Positions 23,468-35,312 of a stretch of 64,000 nucleotides of DNA are shown in pieces. Every line of letters starts with the position of its first letter. The stretch's first letter is position 1. The notes under the pieces are model-generated. The model was not told the DNA's origin, made no database searches, and saw nothing but the letters and a program-made list of their open reading frames with translations. Location of the stretch: NCBI RefSeq assembly GCF_006345805.1, contig NC_043001.1:19530001-19594000 (forward strand), read 5' to 3'. This stretch comes from Octopus sinensis (lineage: Eukaryota). Position numbers and translations under genes: made by a program.

Positions 23468-23960
23468 CTAATAATAACTAAACACGTCCAGAATTATCTC
23501 CTGTATTTGAAGAAATGGAAACACTATTAGCCGTTGAACAGATGCTGTATTTTCTTTCTCGCAGATGAAGAAATAATTCATGTTCACTTCTAAACATGCG
23601 TGATATTCTTTCCAAACACACCTTCCGACTGGTATAACATGGCAGACAGACGAAACATACACTGCATCGAGAACTTTTAGAATTTGAACATAGTCCTAAA
23701 GAAACTCATATTCGTAAAACAAATAACGTCGTTTACTGACCTTTTGACATGTCCAAATCAACATAAATTTTTTTTTTATCAACAGAAGATAAATATTCCA
23801 TATTGAAATGCGTTTCTCCACCGGAGATACTTGTCTTTTAGGAGATCTTAATGGTGTATGTCTGAAAGAGTTCTGACGTATTCGGAACCAGTCTGCCAAT
23901 GTAGACCTTTCTGAGAACTTCTTGCTCATTGGCGCTCGCTTCAGAAAGTTATATTGCGGC
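23468..23960 (-). pseudogene. Possible decayed C-type lectin domain fragment
   Basis: VCHVIPVGRCVWKEYHACLEVNMNYFFICEK fits the CTLD C-terminal C-x(n)-W-x(n)-C-x(n)-FICE pattern. Upstream broken frames give SISGGETHFNMEYL...IYVDL. Stops and frameshifts are present. Confidence 0.3.
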
Positions 23961-24359
23961 GTATTTTAGTTTTTTTGCATGTTGCTGATTTTTTCTTTTG
24001 TTTTGTTTTCTTTTTTTCTTTGCTGGCTTGGATAAGATGATGAAATGACCATTTTATGGGCAATAGAACTGTAGTAAGACTTGCCGGGGGATTATTTCTT
24101 AAATAAAATTATTATAAAAATATACGATGGTGAAATATTTCATTTGACCCTTAGACGATTATTCAAACGCAAAATAATTTGAAAATAAATTTCAGAACAT
24201 TCTAAATTGTATTCGTATTATATTTTTATTTTAATTCCTTCCATAAAAGAATAATTTACTACACCTGATGATAATAAACAGATATTTCACATTATCCAAT
24301 GATTTGTTCAAAAACGAATGCATTAATAAAGGGTAATAACGAAATCATAGAATTCTCAA

Positions 24360-25262
24360 TTAACTGCTCATAATTGTAAAAGTGCTTGGGCGTCGTTTTC
24401 TTTTCAGCATTGATTTCATTTCGTCCCTAAATAGACGCCCTGCCAAAATGTACAAGAGGAAATTGAACACATTATTGACGCTACATAGTAAGATTAAAAA
24501 GGACTTCGCTGAGTTTGATATTTTTGATCCTTGAGATAAAGCTAATGCGACTGAAGAAGGAAGAGTGCAAATCAAAAATAATATGTTTATTGCCATGACC
24601 ATATAAACTGTGTGGTTATTTACTTGTGAAGTTGACTGTGATGCGTTTCCAGCGATAGAACGGCGACAGAGGGTGAATACGATTATAACGTTACATGAAA
24701 TCAAAATTGTAGCCGGAAAAAAACTGTACATGACGCTTGCGAAAAACACAGTCACCGTTTTGCTGGGAGTAACACAGCGTCCATTCTCGAAGTAAAAATA
24801 TCTGCTGTAAACAATGTTTACGCTTCCTAGAATAGCAATCATTATAACGATAATTATAATCTGAGGTTTATAACCAGTCAAAATTCTCGCCCTGGTTGAC
24901 AACGGTCGAAACACCGCAAACATCCTGTGGACTGTAATGATGACGGTAATCCAAGAGGAAATCTCCCTGAAAAAATGAATGAAAAAACGGCTAAAACTAC
25001 AGTTATTTTCAAAGATATACACTAAGCTTATATCCACTGGCATAACATGATTATTAAATAAGGATGTGTAGAGGACGAGTAAATCGTTTAAACACAGTGC
25101 AATCATGTATAGTCCTATATTCATAGTTCTCAGTCTTTTCCTGCAAAGTACTACCAGAGATAATATGTTACCTACTGTACCGATAACCACCATTATTATT
25201 GCAATGTAGGTGGAAGTTAAATTGTGCAAAGTCGGCATCGTTGTTGTTGTTGTCAGAATCAT
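24360..25262 (-). CDS. Intronless class A GPCR, 300 aa, paralog 3
   Basis: 7TM with GN, LNDL, C3.25 (NNCSF), SSWITVIITVHRMFAVFRP, ECL2 Cys (NGRCV), FFP, ICTLP, NVFNFLLY, FRDEM; NLT sequon; ATG start. Confidence 0.95.
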   Translation of the reverse strand: MILTTTTTMPTLHNLTSTYIAIIMVVIGTVGNILSLVVLCRKRLRTMNIGLYMIALCLNDLLVLYTSLFNNHVMPVDISLVYIFENNCSFSRFFIHFFREISSWITVIITVHRMFAVFRPLSTRARILTGYKPQIIIIVIMIAILGSVNIVYSRYFYFENGRCVTPSKTVTVFFASVMYSFFPATILISCNVIIVFTLCRRSIAGNASQSTSQVNNHTVYMVMAINILFLICTLPSSVALALSQGSKISNSAKSFLILLCSVNNVFNFLLYILAGRLFRDEMKSMLKRKRRPSTFTIMSS

Positions 25263-26125
25263 TGTTTTATTCTTGTGTAACAGCTACGAAAAAATAAAAT
25301 TCGAATTCAGAGTGAACTTATATTTATATGAATTTTAATAGCCAAAATCATTTTATAATTAGCTCGTTAATTCTTAATTAAAACGTAATACCCTGCTTTG
25401 GATTTCTTTGAATTTATTTTGTTCTTTATATACTTACAGGATATTTTTTCCTGTAACTTAAATAATAAAATCACGTACATATAATATATGAAGTAGATAA
25501 CAATTTATCCCATTTCTAGAGAATGAATTCAATTTCAGCAATTCAAAACTATTTGGATTTTATCTTCAAAGAAGTATTGATAGATTAATATTTTTTCTAA
25601 TTAGTTTCCATAACTAATCAATACATTTTATTGTGTGACTTTCCATGAACTATTCCTTGTAATCTTCAATTCAATTACCTTTTTAATTATTCCGTATTTT
25701 TTATTATTTATGTTGAAATGCTTTTCGATTGACTTAACGAGTATCATTCTGAGTCATTATAAAACTTGGATATTGACGAACAAAAAAGAACCACCGGAGC
25801 AAGGATGGGAAATCTCCTGACCCACGGGCAAAATATAATGACCCACGGGCATTCAAATATATTATATTTACATATCACTCGTTGTTTCTGAATCTAGACC
25901 ATCAAGACGAAACACACCGGTTCCTATCCAGCATATAACATTATCATCAACATTATCCGAACTGACATCCTGTAGTTGAGGTAAAATCGTTACCGAAAGA
26001 GTACGTCAGTGAGAAGATAGAATAGAATGCCCCTTGCCATGTGTGATACCAGAATAAAATGCCTTCAACTGAATAATTCACTTCAGTGTTCGTAAAGACG
26101 TAACTTTTGGGGGATTTTGTATAAA

Positions 26126-26418
26126 TCTTTATGTATAAAACTGAAGTTGTGTGAGAGTCTGTCTCCTCCGAATTAGATTCCTAACTACTCCCACATTTTG
26201 CGGTGCAGTTTAACCAAAAGCGGGTATCTTATAGTCGTGATTCATATCGAGTCCTTCTGGGTATTAGCGCGCGTCTACGATGAGTCTACGGTTTTAAAAA
26301 AAATTTATCATCATTTTTTCGGATTTTTGCTCGGTTTATATAAGGGAAGTAACTCTCTAAAAATGCTTATATAGTTATTTCCCTTACAAACCCGAGCAAC
26401 GCCGGGCGATACTGCTAG
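26126..26418 (+). mobile_element. Non-autonomous Helitron
   Basis: A|TCTTTATGTATAAAACTGAAG ... CCCGAGCAACGCCGGGCGATACTGCTAG|T. Confidence 0.85.
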
Positions 26419-26583
26419 TTGAATATAAATTCAAGAAGTCTTTGATGAGAAAAAAGCAGAATTTTTCTTTGTACGAAGCTAAAAGCTACAGACATGGTTT
26501 GTGTCCCTTGCCGTTATTAACCCTTTAGCATTCAGATTACTTATAAAGCTTATTTGTTCCCAGTCTGTTGAATTAATCAAGCA

Positions 26584-26949
26584 CTAGCACTATGCCAGGC
26601 AACGCCGGGTCATAGTGCTAGTGCATGCATATACAGCTGCGTGCGTGCGCACATACATGCGAGTACAGTCCAAATCTCCGACCAATCACATACAGCTAGC
26701 TGGCATTCAATTGGCGTATCATGTTTCGGGCATTTTGATTGGGTTTGGGATAGAAATTTCACACAAAAAGTATCTTCTATTGATATTTTAATGGCTTTGC
26801 GGGGTGACTGGGGAAATGTAATGATGTGCACGACCACCCTTGGACGGTTTTGAATAACCATAGAAAGTGCGATCCCTCTAACTGAAAAATTGTGGATTTG
26901 TATAAAGGACACACACAGACAGACATTTTGCCGTTTATATATATAGAGA
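26584..26949 (-). mobile_element. Non-autonomous Helitron, second family
   Basis: Minus strand starts A|TCTCTATATATATAAACGG. The 3' hairpin is enclosed by CTAGCACTAT/ATAGTGCTAG and ends CTAG|T. Homologous to 41800-42082. Confidence 0.8.
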
Positions 26950-27438
26950 TTATGGATCTTTTCTATTCTGAAGCCAGTTTTTTCAAATTTTTCCTACTGA
27001 ACCAAACAATTTGAAACTTCGTATACTGGTAGAATGTGTCAAAAGTAAACTTAATTGTAAACCAGAATGAAAACGGAATTGTAACTTCTAAGTTTAACGT
27101 TGTTTAATAATTAGAATTTTAACCAATGATATTCCGTCATTCGGCTTTATTTTATTTACTCCGTCTCGACCACCAATTTCGTGACGTATTAAACATCTTA
27201 AATGTAAACAAAGCGCTTTCGTTTGCTATTAAGAAGTGGCATCTCCGCCGAGGTCGATTTTGCCTTTCATCACACACACACACACACACGCATATATATA
27301 ATTATACATACATTACACGCACGCACACACACACACATATAAGGCTCACACATTTTAGATATTTAATACATCCGCACGAATATGTGTGTTTATTTATTTC
27401 ATAAATATTTACATACATATATGAACATACATATATAC

Positions 27439-27503
<65 letters not shown>

Positions 27504-28730
27504 GAGAGAAAAGGACAGACAGACAGAAAAAAAGGAGGACGTTTTATTTCAATGAGTTCAAGCAAGATAAATGTAATATAGTAAGAGAGGGGGAGGCAGA
27601 CAGACTTACAAAGAGAGAGCAGACTACGTCAAAACTGCTTTCAACGTCACACTAACAGATCGCAGTAACGTTTTACATATGAAAACAAGCAATCTCATTG
27701 GTTAAAATTCGCAGTTTTAATCTACGATTAAAGTCATAAAATAGATTTTTCTCAAATAAACTAGTTTCAACTGGCGAATAAACTAGTTCCACTCTATGAG
27801 TACACGAAGTTTCAAATTATTTAGTTAACTAGAAAGATCTGGGGTCCTGGCCACGATATTGAAAAGATCCGAGATTATCTCATAGCTTCGAGATTTCAAT
27901 GATGCGCTTGTTTATTTTAAATTGACATTGTAGGATAGGTGTGAGAGGCCAGATCTAGCTCGTTTGAATACAAAACTGGCAGAATATTTGGCCGGATATG
28001 ACCGGTTTAAATGCTTCACGATATTTAAATAATTAGAATCAGTAGCGCTTATCCCACTTCATAAACATAGCACTGGATGATTTTCCTGCAGTAAAATTCC
28101 TTTATATAAATTGTTCACTGGCATCAGTTGTCAACGTGACGCCTTTGTTCACATCAAAAATACTCACAACAGAATATTCACCAACAGTTCATTTCAAATT
28201 ATAGAAACCCCTTCGCTAAACTTTGTCCGACAAAAATGAAGCATCTCCCTTGCACAAATCTGCAGATAGTTCAACCGTTTCAGAAGATTTTGGCAAAGAT
28301 TATCCCAACTACAAGAATTCATTAGTCCTAAAACAAAAAGTGAGGAAGTGGTCTACAATTCTTTTTTTAGTAGATTGTGGAAAATCATTTAATATTTTCT
28401 GATCTAAACGTTGATCTTGGGAAACTCCGTACTTTGAAATAGAATATCTCAAAACTATATATTATTACTGTTAAAAATGTCTTCTTTTGGCCCTTATCTC
28501 CTAAGTGGAATCGTAAGGGTTCCGTCGTGATATAAGTCTGACAGGGCCCATCCCTATACAAATCTGACCATAGGTGATTTCTTTCAGAAGAGAAAGTCAA
28601 GCAGACAGAAGGAAACAGAAGTGTCAACCCCAGTGCAGGAGTGGTATTTTATTCATCAACCACGAAAAGATGAAAGGCAAACTTGATCTCAAAAGGATTT
28701 GATCGCAGAGACTAGAGGACCGGAATGATT

Positions 28731-29329
28731 ACCTATTTCTTTACTGCCCACAAGGGGCTAAACACAGAGGGGACGAACAAGGACAGACACACGGATCAAG
28801 TCGATTACATTGACCCCAGTGCGTAACTGGTACTTATTTAATCGACTCCGAAAGGATGAAAGGCAAAGTCGACCTCGGCGGAATTTGAACTCAGAACGTA
28901 GCGGCAGACGAAATACCTATTTTTTTACTACCCACAAGGGGCTAAACACAGAGAGGACGAACAAGGACAGACAAACGGAATAAGCCGATTACATCGACCT
29001 CCAGTGCGTAACTGGTACTTAAGTTAACGATCCCGAAAGGATGAAAGGCAAAGTCGACCTCGGCGGAATTTGAACTCAGAACGTAGCGGCAGACGAAATA
29101 CCTATTTTTTTACTACCCACAAGGGGCTAAACACAGAGAGGACGAACAAGGACAGACAAACGGATTAAGTCGATTATATCGACCCCAGTGCATAACTGGT
29201 ACTTATTTAATCGACCCCGAAAGGATTAAAGTTGATCTCGGCGGAATTTGAACTCTGAACGTAGCGGCAGACGAAATACCGCTAAGCATTTCGCCCGGCG
29301 TGCTAACGTTTCTGCCAGATCGCCGCCTT
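28731..29329 (-). mobile_element. SINE family A concatemer (one head plus three ~180-bp bodies)
   Basis: Three head-to-tail bodies, joined twice at GACGAAATA|CCTATTT junctions (~28917 and ~29100). Confidence 0.9.
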
Positions 29330-29545
29330 AAATGATTACCGCAACCAATCCATTCGATGCGGTAACGACTCTGACACTCGGCCGCACTGATGTTAAAAAT
29401 ACTTATCTCTGATTTAACAGGCATGCTTGTGTCTCAACCAATCCAATTTAATCTTGATTTTCAGGTTCAATTCTTCCTCCATAGATGTATCTAGACACAT
29501 CTTATTGAGTAGATTATTTTATTTTTTTATATTGTCTCTTGACGG

Positions 29546-30335
29546 TATTTTCTGTTGCATGCTGAACTTTCAGTTTATTATGCCATAAGGTATAACGATT
29601 TCTTTGACAATGTCATCTGAATTTAGTTGTACGCACTCCGAAGAACGAAGCTTACTCAAGAATTCCACCTCAAGAGTGGAAGAAGGATTCAATATTAGGG
29701 TTGGGATAAGGTAGCGAACTGGCAGAAACGTTAGCACGCCGGGCGAAATGCTTAGCAGTATTTCGTCTGCCGTTACGTTCTGAGTTCAAATTCCGCCGAG
29801 GTCGACTTTGCCTTTCATCCTTTCGGAGTCGATTAAATAAGTACCAGTTACTGGGGTCGATATAATCGACTCAATCCGTTTGTCTGTCCTTGTTTGTCCC
29901 CTCTGTGTTTAGCCCCCTATGGGTAGTAAAGAAATAGGTATTTTCTGTTGCATGTTGAACTTTCTGTTTATTATACCATAAGGCATTCATGTCTGTCTAA
30001 ATAAGCGAATGAGGGTAAAACGATTTCTTTGACAATGTCATCTGAATTTAGTTGTACGCACTCCGAAGAGTGAAGCTTACTCAAGAATTCAACCTGAAGA
30101 GTGGAAGGTGGATTCAATATTAGGGTTGGGATAAGGTAACGAACTGGCAGAATCGTTAGCACGCCGGCCAAAATGCTTTGAATTTCGTTCGTCTTTATGT
30201 ACTCAGTTTAAATTCCGCCGAGATAGACTTTGCTTTTCATCCTTTCAAGATCGACTAAATAAGTACCAGTAGAATACTGAGATCGATGTAATCGACTTAC
30301 CCCTCCTCGCCCGAAATTGCTGGCCTTGTACCAAA
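29546..30335 (+). repeat. Tandem duplication of unique flank plus SINE A
   Basis: TATTTTCTGTTGCATG...GGGTTGGGATAAGGTA at ~29546-29713 and ~29939-30138, each followed by a SINE A. The first SINE is near consensus, the second is degenerate. Confidence 0.8.
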
Positions 30336-30479
30336 ATTTGAAACCAATATTAGTGGTTGGACAAGAATCCGAACAAATCTTGTGGTTAATGCTTATCTTG
30401 TGCACATTACAGGTGCGTAAATCTTCTGATTTTCGTACAACAGCAATAAGCATCGCCCACTTGACAGATCATGTCCTAA

Positions 30480-30717
30480 TACCTATTTCTTTATTGCCCA
30501 CAAGGGGCTAAACATAGAGGGGACAAACAAGGACAGACAAAGGGATTAAGTCGATTATATCGACTCCAGTGCGTGACTGGTACTTAATTTATCGACCCCG
30601 AAAGGATGAAAGGCAAAATCGACCTCGGCGGAATTTGAACTCAGAACGTAACGGCAAACGAAATACTGCTAAGCATTTCGCCCGACGTGCTAACGTTTCT
30701 GCCAGCTCGCCGCCTTT
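30480..30717 (-). mobile_element. SINE family A
   Basis: Full-length reverse copy; CATGTCCTAATACCT is repeated at both flanks. Confidence 0.88.
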
Positions 30718-31074
30718 CATGTCCTAATACCTTCTAATCAACACTCTTTCGTAATGTCACAACTGTTAAGACACAACGGCTTTCATTCTTTTTCAAGCTA
30801 CAATAGTGTTCCCTTCGCAAAAACTTTACCATCAGACTCCGTCTTACTGTACATAAAACACTGAGCAATTGAAATGAAGATTACTATTAACTGACCCCCG
30901 TGCCGTCAAAAATGACGGCTAATTGTAGTGTTTTTTATATAGATATGGATAGTGAATCAAATTAATACACTTGTCACTGTTATCCAGTGGTTCTCTGTTG
31001 AGATGTGACATCGATTATCGTTTGTTACTGAAAAAAATGCTGGTTCACGCTTACATTCACATACTTCCCTTGTA

Positions 31075-31262
31075 CACATACACACATATACTCACGCAGA
31101 GTTGAAACGCTGTTTGATTTCTCTTTTTAGCGTTGAATGTTCACCATCCCATTTCCATTGCACACACACACACACACACACATACTCACGCAGTTGAAAC
31201 GCTGTTTGATTTCTCTTTTTAGCGTTGAATGTTCACCATCCCATTTCCATTGCACACACACT
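31075..31262. repeat. ~90-bp tandem duplication bounded by (CA)n
   Basis: GTTGAAACGCTGTTTGATTTCTCTTTTTAGCGTTGAATGTTCACCATCCCATTTCCATTGCACAC occurs twice. Confidence 0.9.
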
Positions 31263-31852
31263 CACAAACATTCACATACCTCCCTTTTACATACACAAAC
31301 ATATACTCACACACGGTTGAAACTACCAGTTTGCCATCACGCCTTCCTTCCTTGTTCATCTATCACCCCTTCCTTTCTCATTCATATGTTATCCTTTGGC
31401 AGCCAATCAGACATCAGTATTGACAGTGCCACTATATACTGTACACGCCAGAAAACAAGAATGTTTCTCTCTAAGACACCTCTCCATAAAGTCAGATATT
31501 CAAGTTATTTTAAGATCTCCGAATAGTAATCTGCGAAGTTTGCACCACCTAGAAAGGGCAGTATGTTGATACTTGAATTACTAAATGCCAATTTTATGTG
31601 GACTGTTCAAATGTTGAGAGCCCCACCCTGGCATCTCCCCCCGCCATAACTGACTCTTTTGATATAACGTAATATAGTTTATAGTGTATAACTCTGCTCA
31701 CTGCAAACGTAATTGTATAACTGCATATATAATTGTATAACTACAGTTTATGAAATTGCCTTCTGTACTAAATTTATAGGACTAGCAAACTTACACGCCT
31801 ACGACGGGTGATAAGAGCAGGGTACAGATTCATTATATTTGATAGTACCAAA

Positions 31853-32083
31853 GGCGGCGAGCTGGCAGAAACGTTAGCACGCCGGACGAAATGCGTAGCC
31901 GTATTTCGTCTGCCGTTGCGTTCTGAGTTCAAATTCCGCCGAGGTCGACTTTGCCTTTCATCCTTTTGGGGTCGATAAATTAAGTACCAGTTACGCACTG
32001 GGGTTGATGTAATCGACTTGATCCGTTTGTCTGTTCTTGTTTGTCCCCTCTGTGTTTAGCCCCTTGTGGGCAATAAAGAAATA
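31853..32083 (+). mobile_element. SINE family A with 19-bp TSD, nested in the Helitron 3' region
   Basis: TSD TATATTTGATAGTACCAAA at 31834-31852 and 32084-32102. Confidence 0.92.
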
Positions 32084-34085
32084 TATATTTGATAGTACCA
32101 AACTATATAGTGTACATTATTGAACAATATATATGCAAACATTTACATAACACATTCATGGTGCTGTCTTCACAAAATCTCTTTGTAAACAATATTCTCC
32201 GTTTGTCCACAACTAGTTTTCAAAATTAGCTGAATCCGTTGCCCTACTCATCGCGCGACACTCAGCTGGCCGTGCGTGAACATGGCAGAGGGCAGAAACA
32301 CACCGGCGCGATCCAAAGTCTGGCCCTAAGACTTGTTGGCCGTAAAGGAGAAGGCTAATTTAATAGGAAACTGCTTGCGTCGTGTTTGAAATGGAAACTG
32401 ATTATCTGAAGACATCAGATGAATCCAAGGTATAAACAGACGCTTGCCAGTGTGAGGACCAGTTGCTATCACTGCTTCGATGACGTGAGAGTTAAGTTCC
32501 GAAACAGTGTATCTTGATCCGTTGCAATGTCCATTAGGTGGGTCAAATTCCGTAGCAGCATAATCGGACAACCCTTCTTCAAAGTTATTCTGTGCACTGG
32601 TTGTCCCAATGGATTTAAGTTGTTCAGGAAATCTTGCGAATATTGATGGTAATTTTCATCGTCTACAGTGTCTGAACTTAGATATTCCCGACTTTCTCCT
32701 CGGAAGCTCCTGATCATATGTTCATTTACGCTGTTGGCGACATCATTGGTTGAGGTAATAACAGCTCGTGAACATAACTATGACGGATTCGTATGCTCTT
32801 CGCCTAAACCATCAAAGACAAATTTGCACATTTCAGAAATAGAAGTGTCTTGGACAAACTCAGGCCGGATTTGAATTGTGTTTTTATGAGGTTGAATATA
32901 CGTACAATTTCCAGATCCGATGTCGCTTAGATAGGAAGCGAACGTCGCATCAGTGGAATTGCGAACTCTCATGTTTATTGATAGTTTCAATTCTGTGGCA
33001 GACTTCCAGATGTATGATGTCTTCAAGGTTGCGTTGACTAGCTGAGATCGACTTCTACGCTTGACAACTGGAAGAATTTGCTTCCAGTCGCCAACAAGCA
33101 GAACGCATATTCCTCCAAACAGATCTTTGCACCTCCTGATGTTACGAAAGGAACGATCCAAGCATTCAAATAGAAGTTTATGACCCTGACTAATTTCATC
33201 GGCTATCAACAGGTCAGTCATCCTGAAGGGTTTTGCGGTTGCATCCTGTTCGGATATTTGGTAAGTAGACTCTGGTGTAATGTTGATAGGAATTTTGCAG
33301 CTACAGTGGAGGGTTCGACCATTGTGTAGCAGGGTAGCTGCAATTCCTGAAAGAGCAGCAGCGAGTACGATTCTTTTTCTCCGATCGTAGAAAATCTACA
33401 ATTGCATTCACGAGATATGTTTTCCCAGTTCCACCACTTGCACTCAGGGTAAAAATCTTGTTTTCAGTGTTTTTACTGATAACTGTATTTACTACCGTAT
33501 CATACACATGTCTTTGCTCTATGTTCAACGTATCGTACACCTCGGCAGACGATCTTCTCAGACTATCAGTATCGAAGTCAACTTCTTCGGAAATAATTTT
33601 TGACATCGGATCGTGCGACACGCCATAATCAGGTTTTGGTAGCTGGAAATTTTCATCTCTCTGAAGATGCTCTTGCAGACGAATCAGTACTTCATTTTCA
33701 ATGCGAGGCTTAAGTCGGTTGACATTATTCTGATGCATGAGATCACGTGCTAATTCAAGTTTCCACTCTTCCCAAAAGGATCGAGGATCGGCGGCCTGCA
33801 ATATATCAACATGGCGGCAAAAAACTCTCTAAGTGAATCACCCAAACGAATACTTGCAGCTTCTTCCATTGCACGGTGTATTTTTCGATCATTGGATATG
33901 AGCCCACATCTTAGGTATGCTTCTTGAAATGTTGGACAAACATTTCCATCTACCAATTTCAAGTCATCAAAGCTAGTTGCACCTGTCTCATTGTGGAGTA
34001 ATATTCGGAGATGAAAGAGTTCAGACTGGTGTGCACCCAGTGAAATGGTTGAGATTCGTCCAATGGTATCAGTTCTCACATCATC

Positions 34086-34461
34086 ATCATCATCATCATT
34101 GTTTGACCGTGGTCGACACAATGGAATTTTCTATGTTACGCCAGACTTCGCGGTCCATCATGGCATTACGGAGGTCCTGTTGCTGGATGCCTGTATCCCT
34201 GGAGATTACATCAGGGTAGGAGAGTGTGCGCCCTCTGGTATCACGAGCAGATGGCTTCTAGAGGAGAAGAGTAGAAATTACCTCGTTTTCAGCCCTACAA
34301 CAATGTCCAGCAAACTGGACCCTCCTACCTTTCACAAGAGATGACACAGGTGGTAGTTTCCCATATATTTGTACTTTGGTTGGATGACGCTTCCACGAGA
34401 GATTTTGAACTCTCATAAGGAGGCGAGTGTAGGTTCCATCCAACAGCCTCTCAAGCTTCTG
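34086..34461 (-). mobile_element. RTE-like (probably RTE-X) LINE 3' fragment nested in the Helitron ORF
   Basis: KLERLLDGTYTRLLMRVQNLSWKRHPT...RRVQFAGHCCRAENEVISTLLL...MMDREVWR, then a (TGA)n tail. GATGATG at both junctions; removing the insert restores Helitron ...RKRGKRDDVRTDTIGRI. Confidence 0.85.
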
Positions 34462-34967
34462 CATCATCTCTCTTGCCTCGCTTTCTCCTTTACCAAGACT
34501 TGATGTTACTGTTCCATGTGTAGAATTTCGGAAAGTCTTGGGATAATATCTGTCAAGCCTTTTCATCTTGTCTATTGGTATCAAAGAAAGCCATCAGTTT
34601 TGTTGTCGGTGGTCTTTGCACAACCTGCTTCACAGAATCATCGTCAAATAGTACCAACTGCTCGCCAGGCGAATGACAGGGAAGCTTCTCAACTGTAGGA
34701 TGCCGTTGGTGTATGAAGAAGCCACACAACTTCCAAAATGCCTCGCTTGCAGAGATGTATCGAGCATTCACGAAGTTTTCAATTTCATAAATGACTATGA
34801 CTTGCTGACCACCATCAGTAGTAACGATGACTCTATCTTGACCTTTTTGTTATGTATTTGTATCAATACTTAACTACCTGGACAGAGTGCACGACTTCTA
34901 CGTTGATGTGAGCGTCGTATTTCAACGTCAAGTACAGATTATATGGTACTATCCACGAATTATCAGC

Positions 34968-35302
34968 CTGAAAATGAAATGGAGATCTTAAGTAGATTCA
35001 ACATATAAGTTGATTTCCTATCGTTATGTTATTGATATTTGCATACTGGTAGTGACAAAATCTGTGATAGAAAACGATACTCACCACAAAATCTGTGATA
35101 AAAAACGATACTCACCACAAAATCTGTGATAAAAAAACGATACTCACCACAAAATCTGTGATAAAAAACGATACTCACCACAAAATCTGTGATAAAAAAC
35201 GATACTCACCACAAAATCTGTGATAAAAAACGATACTCACCACAAAATCTGTGATAAAAAACGATACTCACCACAAAATCTGTGATAAAAAACGATACTC
35301 AC
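34968..35302 (-). other. Putative GT-AG intron in the Helitron Rep gene
   Basis: Donor GTG|GTGAGT at 35302; acceptor TCTCCATTTCATTTTCAG|GCT at 34968. Splicing gives in-frame GEQIDFV|ADNSWIVPYNLYL..KYDAHINVE, the conserved Helitron DN.WxVPYN block. Confidence 0.75.
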
Positions 35303-35312
35303 CACAAAATCT
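35056..35312. repeat. 31-bp tandem repeat, 8 full copies plus a partial
   Basis: Unit CAAAATCTGTGATAAAAAACGATACTCACCA; spans the putative splice donor. Confidence 0.95.

Noticed and set aside
28020-28630. Further lectin- or GPCR-like relic
   Set aside because: Only scattered Cys/Trp similarity; no coherent motif in any frame.
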